DNA of 64,000 nt from an uncultured Gammaproteobacteria bacterium (lineage in GTDB: Bacteria > Patescibacteriota > Microgenomatia > UBA10105 > UBA927), in assembly GCA_964349125.1 (NCBI GenBank), contig CAYGFH010000004.1:42921-106920 (forward strand), in the 5' to 3' direction. Shown here piece by piece: positions 37,835 to 46,068 of this stretch. A model generated the notes under the pieces. The model was not told where the DNA came from, searched no databases, and saw only the letters and a list, made by a program, of their open reading frames with translations. Made by a program: the position numbers and the translations under genes. Every line of letters starts with the position of its first letter. Within the stretch, counting starts at the first letter, position 1.

Positions 37835-38149
37835 TTACCGCGATAATTTCGCTCCCAGAGCCTCGTACGCGGTTTCCAATTTCTGGAATGTCTCGTCGCT
37901 TACGGCCTGCTGTGCCCATGCAACAGACAGGAGACTCCGAAGGCCGGCAACAAGGCCCATGGCGTCACGGAGTTTGCTGTCACGATCCCGACGGTCCCGT
38001 CGGGAAACCCCATCTGCGATGGTTGATAATATCTTTAACCCATGGGTTTGTGCTTGTTTGATAACTTCCGCGTCCACTGTGACCTCACAGAGATCCAACA
38101 CAGCGGTGTATGCTTCCTGCCACAGTTTATCATCGTGAAAAGTTGACAT
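37835..38149 (-). CDS. Divergent four-helix-bundle-like protein, GC-rich relative to surroundings
   Basis: LWQEAYTAVLDL...ILSTIADGVSRRD parallels the W-Q helix and IAEG-RR helix of the four-helix-bundle family; call is tentative. Confidence 0.4.
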   Translation of the reverse strand: MSTFHDDKLWQEAYTAVLDLCEVTVDAEVIKQAQTHGLKILSTIADGVSRRDRRDRDSKLRDAMGLVAGLRSLLSVAWAQQAVSDETFQKLETAYEALGAKLSR

Positions 38150-38153
38150 AATA

Positions 38154-38184
38154 TCGTTAACCGTTAATCGCTAATCGTAAAACG
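38154..38184. repeat. Heptamer array cgttaac-cgttaat-cgctaat-cgtaaaa (left flank of four-helix-bundle gene)
   Basis: 7-bp periodic; inverted partner at 38585-38620. Confidence 0.8.
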
Positions 38185-38202
38185 CACAACGGTGTTTTCG
38201 GA

Positions 38203-38583
38203 TTATCGACTACCAGCTCCTCGTTCTTCAATTGATCGTATAAGACCACTAATAATTTGAAATCCACGCTTTACGAGCAACAACATTGAATCAAATTCTG
38301 TTATCGAAATATATCCTAAATCTTTTGATAAAATCAGAAAATTCTCGACTTCAGTATTAGATCCACGCGCTTGATAGTAAAACTTTGTTCTATCGGCAAA
38401 ATGATACCGTCCCCAACCTTCTGCAATATTGACAGTAACTGAGGACGACGCACGACGTAACTGATCTATAATACCAAATTTCTCACTACTGGGAAAGTTT
38501 TTTGTTAATTGATACACATGAAGACATATTTCATGACTCACTTTCCAAGCTTCTAAGTCCGTAAAATGCGTTATAGTATTCAT
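38203..38583 (-). CDS. Four-helix-bundle protein (23S rRNA intervening-sequence protein family)
   Basis: LEAWKVSHEICLHVYQLTKNFP...VTVNIAEGWGRYHFADRTKFYYQARGSNTEVENFLIL. Confidence 0.8.
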   Translation of the reverse strand: MNTITHFTDLEAWKVSHEICLHVYQLTKNFPSSEKFGIIDQLRRASSSVTVNIAEGWGRYHFADRTKFYYQARGSNTEVENFLILSKDLGYISITEFDSMLLLVKRGFQIISGLIRSIEERGAGSR

Positions 38584-38584
38584 A

Positions 38585-38620
38585 ATCGCGATTCACGTTT
38601 AACGATTAGCGTTTAGCGAG
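38585..38620. repeat. Inverted heptamer array (reverse complement reads cgctaaa-cgctaat-cgttaaa-cgtgaat)
   Basis: Inverted partner of 38154-38184, flanking the four-helix-bundle gene. Confidence 0.75.
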
Positions 38621-38623
38621 AAT

Positions 38624-40105
38624 TCACTCTTCATCTAAAAACCAATGTCTGCCATCTTTTTCTATCAAATCCACCGCCTCGGATGGTCCCCATGATCCCT
38701 TCGGATACGTGTGTATGGGTGATTGTCCGTTTTTCCAACCCGTAAGCACACTCGTCACCCACGCCCATGATGCACTTATGGCGTCAGTCCGTGCAAACAA
38801 TGTCTGGTCCCCTCGGATGCAGTCTAACAGGAGCCGTTCGTACGCAGCCGGCTGTATATCACTATGAAATGCTGATGCGTAGGAAAAATCCATTTCCACC
38901 GGGGCAAGTTTCATGCCGAATCCCGGTTTTTTCGCCATGAGCCGAAGGGCTATGCCTTCATCCGGCTCAATACGAATAGCCAAAACATTGCGCATAACTT
39001 CAGCCTCAGGGAAAAGACACACATCCCCTGTACAGACAACCGGTTTTTTATAGTGGATGGATATTTCCGTTACTTTTTTGGGCATGTGCTTGCCTGTACG
39101 AAGATAAAATGGAACGCCGCGCCACCTCTTGTTCTTAAGCATCAGTTTCAGCGCCACAAACGATTCTGTGGAGGATTTGGGATCAACATTTGACTCAGAT
39201 GTGTATCCCTCATATTGTCCGCGGATAACTATATCTGAAAGCTGTGCGGGCGATACTGACTGAATTGCCTGCAGCACCTTAACGCGCTCATCCCGGATCG
39301 ACTGTGCATCAAACGCCCACGGCTGATCCATGGCGATAATCGCAAGCATTTCCAGCATATGGTTTTGTACCACATCGCGGATGGCACCTACCCCATCGTA
39401 AAATTCTCCACGTGTCCCCACTCCTACGGTCTCGGCAAGGGTAATCTGGACGTGGTCTATAAACTCTGCATTCCATGTGGGCTCAAATATACCATTGGCG
39501 AACCGGAGTGAAAGAATATTTTGAATTGTTTCTTTCCCAAGATAATGGTCAATCCGGTAAATTTGACGCTCTTCAAATGTTTTTTCCAGAAGCTTATCGA
39601 GTTTTATGGCTGTATCCAGATCTTTACCAAACGGTTTTTCAATTAGGACTCGTGTATAGAGACTCGTCCCCTGACCACAGCCTTCTGCGAGCTTACTGTT
39701 GCCTAAGTGGGTAAGGATAGTCTCATAGTGTTGCGGTGGTGTGGCTAAGTAGAAAAATCTGGGTACACAGGCCTGTATTTTTGTGTCAAACCCTTCAAGC
39801 AGGTCAGTCAATTTACTGTATAGTTCCCCATCCTCAAAGGCTCCTTGCACGTAGTGCATTTGTTCACAAATACGCTCACACTGTCCAGCATCTACCTTAC
39901 CGGATATCCCCTTCGTCACAGACGCCGCCATAAGTGCGCGGAACTGCTCTGTAGTAATTGCTCGCCGTCCTACTCCAACGATGAAGATATCTTTACTGAC
40001 CTCCCCATTTCGAACAAGATGGTACAACGCAGGCATGAGTTTTCTATCCATCAGGTCACCTGTCGCACCGAAGATAACCATAATGAGTGGGGAGCTTGCT
40101 GTCAT
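38624..40105 (-). CDS. zwf: Glucose-6-phosphate 1-dehydrogenase
   Basis: IFGATGDLMDRKL, RIDHYLGKE and EKPFG motifs. Confidence 0.9.
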   Translation of the reverse strand: MTASSPLIMVIFGATGDLMDRKLMPALYHLVRNGEVSKDIFIVGVGRRAITTEQFRALMAASVTKGISGKVDAGQCERICEQMHYVQGAFEDGELYSKLTDLLEGFDTKIQACVPRFFYLATPPQHYETILTHLGNSKLAEGCGQGTSLYTRVLIEKPFGKDLDTAIKLDKLLEKTFEERQIYRIDHYLGKETIQNILSLRFANGIFEPTWNAEFIDHVQITLAETVGVGTRGEFYDGVGAIRDVVQNHMLEMLAIIAMDQPWAFDAQSIRDERVKVLQAIQSVSPAQLSDIVIRGQYEGYTSESNVDPKSSTESFVALKLMLKNKRWRGVPFYLRTGKHMPKKVTEISIHYKKPVVCTGDVCLFPEAEVMRNVLAIRIEPDEGIALRLMAKKPGFGMKLAPVEMDFSYASAFHSDIQPAAYERLLLDCIRGDQTLFARTDAISASWAWVTSVLTGWKNGQSPIHTYPKGSWGPSEAVDLIEKDGRHWFLDEE

Positions 40106-40175
40106 AGATCCTCATAATACCTAAGTTACAGTGGTCCGGTAAAGAGGGACGTGAACTCAGTGGTTAGGGGTTAGT

Positions 40176-40215
40176 ATAATTATATACGCAATACGCTTTA
40201 CCCTACACCCTTTAC
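40176..40215. repeat. Heptamer-periodic repeat (minus-strand reading gtaaagc gtaaagg gtgtagg gtaaagc)
   Basis: Read from sequence between zwf and the LytR_C gene. Confidence 0.5.
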
Positions 40216-40226
40216 GCTTTACGCGT

Positions 40227-40967
40227 TTATTTTTTATCAGTCCCCAGAATAATGAGGTAATCACCCGAAGGCGTGGCTTCACCGGAGGGCAACGTGGACA
40301 ACTGAATACCCAATTCCTTAGCAAGCCCTGTTGCTTCTTCTTTATGGTTCCCCTTCACATCGATTAGTAGGGTCTTTTCGTAAGTCTTGAGCACCGCATT
40401 ATCTTTTGCAATCACCTCTGCGTTTTGCACTTTTTCTTTGAGCTCAGTTTCATATTTTTTTGTTAATCCAACGAGTGATGTGCCGTTGAGTATCGTAAAT
40501 TTCAAATTCGCAGTTGCAACAGGTGATGACGCCTGAGACTGAGGTTCTGCAGATGCGCTGGCAGTAGGACCGATATTGACAGGGGCCACATCAATGATTT
40601 TATTGATTGATGGACGGTATAATATGGCTTTTTTCGCATTTGCATAGATAAGTACTTTGTCCCCATTTTCGCTTTTGGCAAAAAATGGCTGATTCTTTAA
40701 TTTTTCTTTATCGTTCACCGTGGCTACCGTTGGGGTTTCTTCGCCGGGTAGATTCATAAGCTTGGATACCATAGCCACGAGACTTTTGGCTTCATCTGTT
40801 GCAAATTGCGTGGGATTGGAAAGACGCTGCTGAGCTTTCTGATATTTGCTGTAGAAATATATGGATGGAATGAGAGCCAGAACAATCACCACAATACCAA
40901 TGATTGTTTGTTTATTTAGTTTCGGGATAGAAAATGATGGTACAGGATCAGATGATTCAAGAGACAT
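40227..40967 (-). CDS. Membrane-anchored LytR_C (LytR/CpsA/Psr C-terminal) domain protein
   Basis: N-terminal TM. C-terminal FTILNGTSLVGLTKKYETELKEK...GDYLIILGTD fits the LytR_C pattern. Confidence 0.5.
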   Translation of the reverse strand: MSLESSDPVPSFSIPKLNKQTIIGIVVIVLALIPSIYFYSKYQKAQQRLSNPTQFATDEAKSLVAMVSKLMNLPGEETPTVATVNDKEKLKNQPFFAKSENGDKVLIYANAKKAILYRPSINKIIDVAPVNIGPTASASAEPQSQASSPVATANLKFTILNGTSLVGLTKKYETELKEKVQNAEVIAKDNAVLKTYEKTLLIDVKGNHKEEATGLAKELGIQLSTLPSGEATPSGDYLIILGTDKK

Positions 40968-41065
40968 AATTAATATCTATTATATACAACATTGTCATTC
41001 CTGCGAAAGCGGGAATCTTAACCATTACAGATTCCCGATCAGTGTCGGAGATGACACAAATACTT

Positions 41066-41248
41066 TTAAAATAAAGCGTACATAAACGGCGCTACCGGAG
41101 ATGTTTGTGCAAATACAACAAGAATACCGACCAGAAGGAGCATAACCACAAACGGAATAATCCACCACAATCTGTTTTCCCATAGAAATACCAGAAGTTC
41201 TCTTACCGTACCTGCGCGACTTTCTGCCCCAGCAAACCATTTACCCAT
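41066..41248 (-). CDS. Small single-TM membrane protein
   Basis: 60 aa with one hydrophobic helix; sits immediately downstream of the carbamoyltransferase gene. Confidence 0.5.
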   Translation of the reverse strand: MGKWFAGAESRAGTVRELLVFLWENRLWWIIPFVVMLLLVGILVVFAQTSPVAPFMYALF

Positions 41249-41262
41249 ATATACACCTCACA

Positions 41263-42936
41263 TTATGTATACTTTGTTATCACGTAATTTTCAAGCACAA
41301 GGATATCAAGGCCGCTGCGTAAAAATGTTTTGATAGCATCTTGAGGAGTATTCACAATAGGCTCTCCTTTGAGGTTAAATGACGTATTAAGGAGCACAGG
41401 AACCCCGGTTCTTTTGTAAAAAGCTGTCAATAATCCGGCATACCGTCCCTGATACGTTTTTGCATCGACAATCTGAATTCTACTTGTACCATCATCATGT
41501 ACGATAGCCGGCGCGTGTTTGCGCGCGATAGTCTTTGCCGTAAATGTCCCAAGCATAAATGGGGCGATATCAGAGCTCGTAACCGAAAAATATTTTGAGA
41601 CGTACTTAGAGAGTATAGCCGGAGCAAACGGACGAAATTCCTCTCGGAATTTAATGCTGGCGTTGACAATATCTTTCATTTTCGAATTTCGGGGATCCGC
41701 CAGTATCGATCTGTGACCAAGTGCTCGGGGTCCAAACTCTGCTCTTCCCTCATACCACCCGACAATTTTCCCTTTTGACAGTTCTTTGGCGATATACGAT
41801 ATAAGTTTCCTGTCAGCCAGCCTTTTCTGCCGGAGCGCATGTGATTTTACAGAAGACAAGATATCTTTGATTCGCGGGGCATACCCAAGAAACATATGTT
41901 CCAGCGGATATCTTTTTTTGTTTCCCAATACGTGATGATACGCATACAGTGCCGCCCCTGCTGATGCGCCGTCATCTCCTGCTGCCGGAAATATAAATAC
42001 TCTGTTAAATCCTGTCTTCTTTGTAATCAGTCCATTCACCACACTATTTAGCGCTACTCCACCGCCAAATACAATATTTTTTTCGCGTGTTTCTTTGTGT
42101 ATGTACCGAAGCATTGTGAGTATAACTTCTTCAGTCACTTTCTGAATACTGGCGGCAAGGTCATATTTGCTGCAATCTGCAAAGAGTGATTCAAACTTGT
42201 GCGTGTACATATGCGTGGCACTCCGATGGAATGCAATATAGGATTCGTCAAGCACAATTGACCCATCTGCATACTGTTTATATAGTCGTCCTATTCGCTT
42301 CACATGGATAGGCCTGCCAAAAGCAGCCATTCCCATTACTTTAAATTCACCATCGTTTACTTCGAAGCCTAAATACGCCGTAAATGCGCTGTACAATAAC
42401 CCAATCGAATTTGGGAATCGAAGCTCTTTACGCGGAAGCACGATGTTCTCTTTTGCCGTTCCCCAACTTCCCGTTGACCACTCTCCAACAGCATCAAGCG
42501 TCAAATATGCCGCACGTGCAAATGGGGATGGATAATACGAAGCGGCTGCGTGGCTTACATGCTGTGGTACAAATAAAATGCGGTCCTTGGAAATGCCAAG
42601 GGCATCAATAATGCGTGATTGTATCCAGAGGTTACGCGACATGCTATTTCTCATACCGGAGGCAAATTGTGTTCTGGCGTAGGGATACTCTGAAATTGCC
42701 ATGGTAACAAGTCGTTCAAACTTAATGAGTGGTTTTTCATAAAACACAACGTAATCCAAGTCATTCTTTTTCAGGCCAGCCTGCTGCAAACAACATGAGA
42801 TAGCACACTCAGGAAATGCGCTATCATGCTTTATGCGGCTAAACCTCTCCTCCGCTGAGGCTGCCACAATACGCCCATCTACAATTAGAGATGCGGCAGA
42901 TTCATGATAATAACAGGAGATGCCTAAAATGTTCAT
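41263..42936 (-). CDS. Carbamoyltransferase (NodU/CmcH family)
   Basis: MNILGISCYYHESAASLIVDGRIVAASAEERFSRIKHD N-terminal Kae1-like domain; about 557 aa as expected. Confidence 0.8.
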   Translation of the reverse strand: MNILGISCYYHESAASLIVDGRIVAASAEERFSRIKHDSAFPECAISCCLQQAGLKKNDLDYVVFYEKPLIKFERLVTMAISEYPYARTQFASGMRNSMSRNLWIQSRIIDALGISKDRILFVPQHVSHAAASYYPSPFARAAYLTLDAVGEWSTGSWGTAKENIVLPRKELRFPNSIGLLYSAFTAYLGFEVNDGEFKVMGMAAFGRPIHVKRIGRLYKQYADGSIVLDESYIAFHRSATHMYTHKFESLFADCSKYDLAASIQKVTEEVILTMLRYIHKETREKNIVFGGGVALNSVVNGLITKKTGFNRVFIFPAAGDDGASAGAALYAYHHVLGNKKRYPLEHMFLGYAPRIKDILSSVKSHALRQKRLADRKLISYIAKELSKGKIVGWYEGRAEFGPRALGHRSILADPRNSKMKDIVNASIKFREEFRPFAPAILSKYVSKYFSVTSSDIAPFMLGTFTAKTIARKHAPAIVHDDGTSRIQIVDAKTYQGRYAGLLTAFYKRTGVPVLLNTSFNLKGEPIVNTPQDAIKTFLRSGLDILVLENYVITKYT

Positions 42937-42941
42937 AGTTA

Positions 42942-42976
42942 GGTTGTAGGTTGTAGGTTGTAGGTTGTAGGTTGTA
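42942..42976. repeat. Tandem heptamer array (ggttgta)x5, abutting an inverted ctacNNN array at 42981-43010
   Basis: Perfect 7-bp periodicity. Confidence 0.85.
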
Positions 42977-43012
42977 GATATGCCCTACTCTCTACCCGCT
43001 ACCGCCTACGAA

Positions 43013-43237
43013 CTAGTATTGTTTTCTCAAATCTTCCAGTGTCTCAGATTTATATGGCCATTTGACCCAGCCTGTGTGTGACATTTTTTTGCGAGCAGGG
43101 GCAATTACAAGAATAAGAGGTATGCAAATGATATACAACATGGAGTAGAGTGCTTGAGCTAAGGCGCCAAACACAGCATAATGCATATCACGAAGCGTTT
43201 GGTAATAATGAACATACAGAGAGGGAGATGCTGCCAT
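43013..43237 (-). CDS. Small hypothetical membrane protein
   Basis: 74 aa with one TM helix. Confidence 0.35.
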   Translation of the reverse strand: MAASPSLYVHYYQTLRDMHYAVFGALAQALYSMLYIICIPLILVIAPARKKMSHTGWVKWPYKSETLEDLRKQY

Positions 43238-43273
43238 AAGGCCTCAAGTATACCACGGAGACAGCTCGACCGC

Positions 43274-43945
43274 TTATTTCAAGCCGAGGGTGATACGCGC
43301 AGACACTGAGGATGTGAACGGTTCGGCGGAAATACTACTGACACCGTAATCACGGAGATCACTCAGCAACAAATCCATAGCTTGTTTTGATATATGTTCA
43401 GAGAATTGTACCGCAGACACCTTGATTTTTTTCGCATTCCCAGTTGAAATAATTGTGTACCCTTTTATCCGCAGGAGATCTGCCGTTTTTTGCGCTTTCC
43501 CACTTACACCTGAACCGTTGAGCACTTCAATGGTTATGCTTTGCTTATCGACGGGCGCAGTGGAAGGCGTTGGTGTCACTGCAGCTGTTGGCACAGCTGA
43601 AGCCGTAGTCTTTCCTGACTGAAGATACACAGCATAGAGAGAGAGTGAGCATATGACGATGATACCGGTTACACCCATTCCGATCCTATACAACACGGTA
43701 TTTTTCTTTGCTACTTCCGGCTCTGAAGCATCCTGCGCGAGAATTTCACTATATTCAGTACTCGCGCTAGCAGGTTCAGATAGTTTCTCTGTACTATGCG
43801 CCGGTGCAGGAGACAGCGGCTCTGAGGCTTTGTGTTCTACAACAGACGATACGTGCTCTGTTTCATCTTCAAGAGTCGATACCTGAGCTGCCACAGCAAT
43901 ATGAGGAGTCTTTGAATATGATGCACGCTTCTTTTTGACAGGCAT
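43274..43945 (-). CDS. Membrane-anchored LytR_C domain protein (second copy)
   Basis: Charged N-terminal region, TM, C-terminal ITIEVLNGSGVSGKAQKTADLLRIKGYTI...ARITLG. Confidence 0.5.
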   Translation of the reverse strand: MPVKKKRASYSKTPHIAVAAQVSTLEDETEHVSSVVEHKASEPLSPAPAHSTEKLSEPASASTEYSEILAQDASEPEVAKKNTVLYRIGMGVTGIIVICSLSLYAVYLQSGKTTASAVPTAAVTPTPSTAPVDKQSITIEVLNGSGVSGKAQKTADLLRIKGYTIISTGNAKKIKVSAVQFSEHISKQAMDLLLSDLRDYGVSSISAEPFTSSVSARITLGLK

Positions 43946-43950
43946 TTTTT

Positions 43951-44013
43951 TCGCTAACCGCTAACCGCTACTCGCTAAAAGCGATTTACGATTAACGTTT
44001 TGCGTTTAACGAT
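43951..44013. repeat. Heptamer array cgctaac-cgctaac-cgctact-cgctaaa plus gcgatttacgatt core; inverted relative of 33756-33830
   Basis: Shares gcgatttacgatt and the ttagcgg/cgctaac repeats with the 33.8 kb locus in inverted arrangement. Confidence 0.7.
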
Positions 44014-44016
44014 GTT

Positions 44017-44415
44017 TTATGTACCCGGCACGTCATCCCTGGAATGTGCTGCGATAATTTCTTTTACCATCGCAACAATCTGTTTTGGATCATGTTCGCT
44101 TTTCACTATATATTTCACTGCACCTTTCATGAGTGCTGATTCGGCATCTTTTTCACCAGCGAGGTTTGTGAGCATAATGACCGGAATATGTTTAATATCC
44201 GGATCAGCTTTGATTTTCTCCAATACCTGCAGCCCGTTCATTTTTGGCATCATGACGTCCAATAGGACAACCGTCGGCTTCAATGTTCTTACTTTATCCA
44301 GACCCTCTTCCCCATTAGATGCAGTTGCCACTTCATACTTCTCAAACGTAAAAATTTTCTGATACATCCGCTGCATCAGAGGATCATCTTCGACTATTAA
44401 CAATATTTTCCCCAT
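44017..44415 (-). CDS. Stand-alone response-regulator receiver (CheY-like)
   Basis: LLIVEDD...LLDVMMPKMNG...VIMLTN...K pattern (DD, D, T, K). Confidence 0.85.
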   Translation of the reverse strand: MGKILLIVEDDPLMQRMYQKIFTFEKYEVATASNGEEGLDKVRTLKPTVVLLDVMMPKMNGLQVLEKIKADPDIKHIPVIMLTNLAGEKDAESALMKGAVKYIVKSEHDPKQIVAMVKEIIAAHSRDDVPGT

Positions 44416-44486
44416 ATATATCGCCCCTTTCTCATTCTATGTTACTGTGTTTCCGCATAATGCACAATACGAACAACCACTCGTGA

Positions 44487-46046
44487 CTAGTGAACCTGAT
44501 AAATGATATATTTTGCTAGATAGAGCGCGGGAAAGACTGACAGTAACAGGAGCACTGTTGAGGCGAAATATGTGGCCTGAATAGCTTGTGCTAATATCGC
44601 AAACACATCTGCAATCGGACGACCTACGTACATCATGCCAATAGGATTGCCTGTTGAGTTAACAATGGGCTCATACGCCCCCAAGTATTCCGTGGTATTG
44701 TACACGACAAGCCCCTCAAACCGCTTCCCTTCACCCAACACACGACTGATGATTCCAGCATCCGTCTCTCTCATCCCAACGGGTGCATCCGCAGTTCTCA
44801 TAGATGTAACAGAGAGTCGATCACCCGCAAAAAGGCCACCCTCAAGACCCAGTTCTTTTTTTATCCCCTGGGTTACCGCTGTATCCAACGAATATGCCAA
44901 GAGGATTGATCCTATGGTTGAATTTTCCGATACGATAGGCACCGCTGCAAGCATATAGAGCATGTGACTGGAAATTCCAGGTAATGCAACCATTTCACCG
45001 GATTCACCCCCTATTTTCGCCTGCGATACGATGGCTTGGTATACGTTTGCATCAGAAAATATATGTTCACTATCACTACTGACAAGGATCTTTCCTTGCG
45101 CATTTGTCAACAGTAAACCACGAATCCCCCTACTGATGGTATATTTTTCCAAAATCCGGCTTATTTCTGTGTCGTTTCGCTTTTGAATAGCCTGTATGAG
45201 GGCATCGTCCGCTGCTATAAAACGTGCATCGGCTATAGCTTCACGTTTTTTTGACTCAATGCTGAATGAAAATACCTTTACGCTTTGTGTCACCTGATGT
45301 GAAATTTCCAGCAGCAAACTATTCGAGAGGTGATAGACAAAGAATGTTGTAATAATGAAGGTTACCAATGCGACACTCACAGTAGAAATAAATACCACCT
45401 GCATTTCAAAGCTTTTGAGCAGATACCAAAAAACCCATCGAATAAGCACAATAAATCCAAACAGAAGAATTATATGTTCTGCCCACCAGAACAACCCGAA
45501 CGGCCGTATAAGATCCAGTACATATGCAATCTGTGTGCTCGAAAATATACTTTGAATCGCATGTATAATTTCCGCCACAGTAATGATTGAAAACGATATT
45601 GCAGGGAGCAATAAATGCCACTCCAAACCCTCTGCCACATGCGTGAAATACATAACTGCGACGCTCAGTGAACCCACAGGAACTAAGCTCATCACAGCGT
45701 TTTTAAAAGACGTTGTAAATACACTTACTACGGCGTATGATGGCCTTTTTTGTATAGGGTCAAAGGGAAAACTCAAGAAAATGCACAGATACCCGATAAT
45801 CGGCACTATATAATGGAGTATAGATTTCAATGACTCCCCCTCACCCTCAAGCCCGAATAACGGGAGCGTCATACCCTCAAACAATGAGCTGATTGAGAGA
45901 ATGAACAGACCTGCAATACGCAATTTCAGATATGGATGTTTTTTTGTATACGCGTCCAAGTATAGCCAGCCTGCCGCAAAGTATACTACCGCTCCGAACA
46001 GATGTACTGCGTAATGAAATAGAGAGCTATACAATTGATACCACAT
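44487..46046 (-). CDS. Multi-pass membrane sensor: N-terminal ~7 TM, extracytoplasmic double-Cache-like domain, C-terminal TM, no output domain (paralog A)
   Basis: Hydrophobicity pattern. Cache-like YEPIVNSTGNPIGMMYVGRPIADV. Paralogous to 54524-56104. Confidence 0.55.
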   Translation of the reverse strand: MWYQLYSSLFHYAVHLFGAVVYFAAGWLYLDAYTKKHPYLKLRIAGLFILSISSLFEGMTLPLFGLEGEGESLKSILHYIVPIIGYLCIFLSFPFDPIQKRPSYAVVSVFTTSFKNAVMSLVPVGSLSVAVMYFTHVAEGLEWHLLLPAISFSIITVAEIIHAIQSIFSSTQIAYVLDLIRPFGLFWWAEHIILLFGFIVLIRWVFWYLLKSFEMQVVFISTVSVALVTFIITTFFVYHLSNSLLLEISHQVTQSVKVFSFSIESKKREAIADARFIAADDALIQAIQKRNDTEISRILEKYTISRGIRGLLLTNAQGKILVSSDSEHIFSDANVYQAIVSQAKIGGESGEMVALPGISSHMLYMLAAVPIVSENSTIGSILLAYSLDTAVTQGIKKELGLEGGLFAGDRLSVTSMRTADAPVGMRETDAGIISRVLGEGKRFEGLVVYNTTEYLGAYEPIVNSTGNPIGMMYVGRPIADVFAILAQAIQATYFASTVLLLLSVFPALYLAKYIIYQVH

Positions 46047-46068
46047 ACTCTTTAACTGTACATCATTT

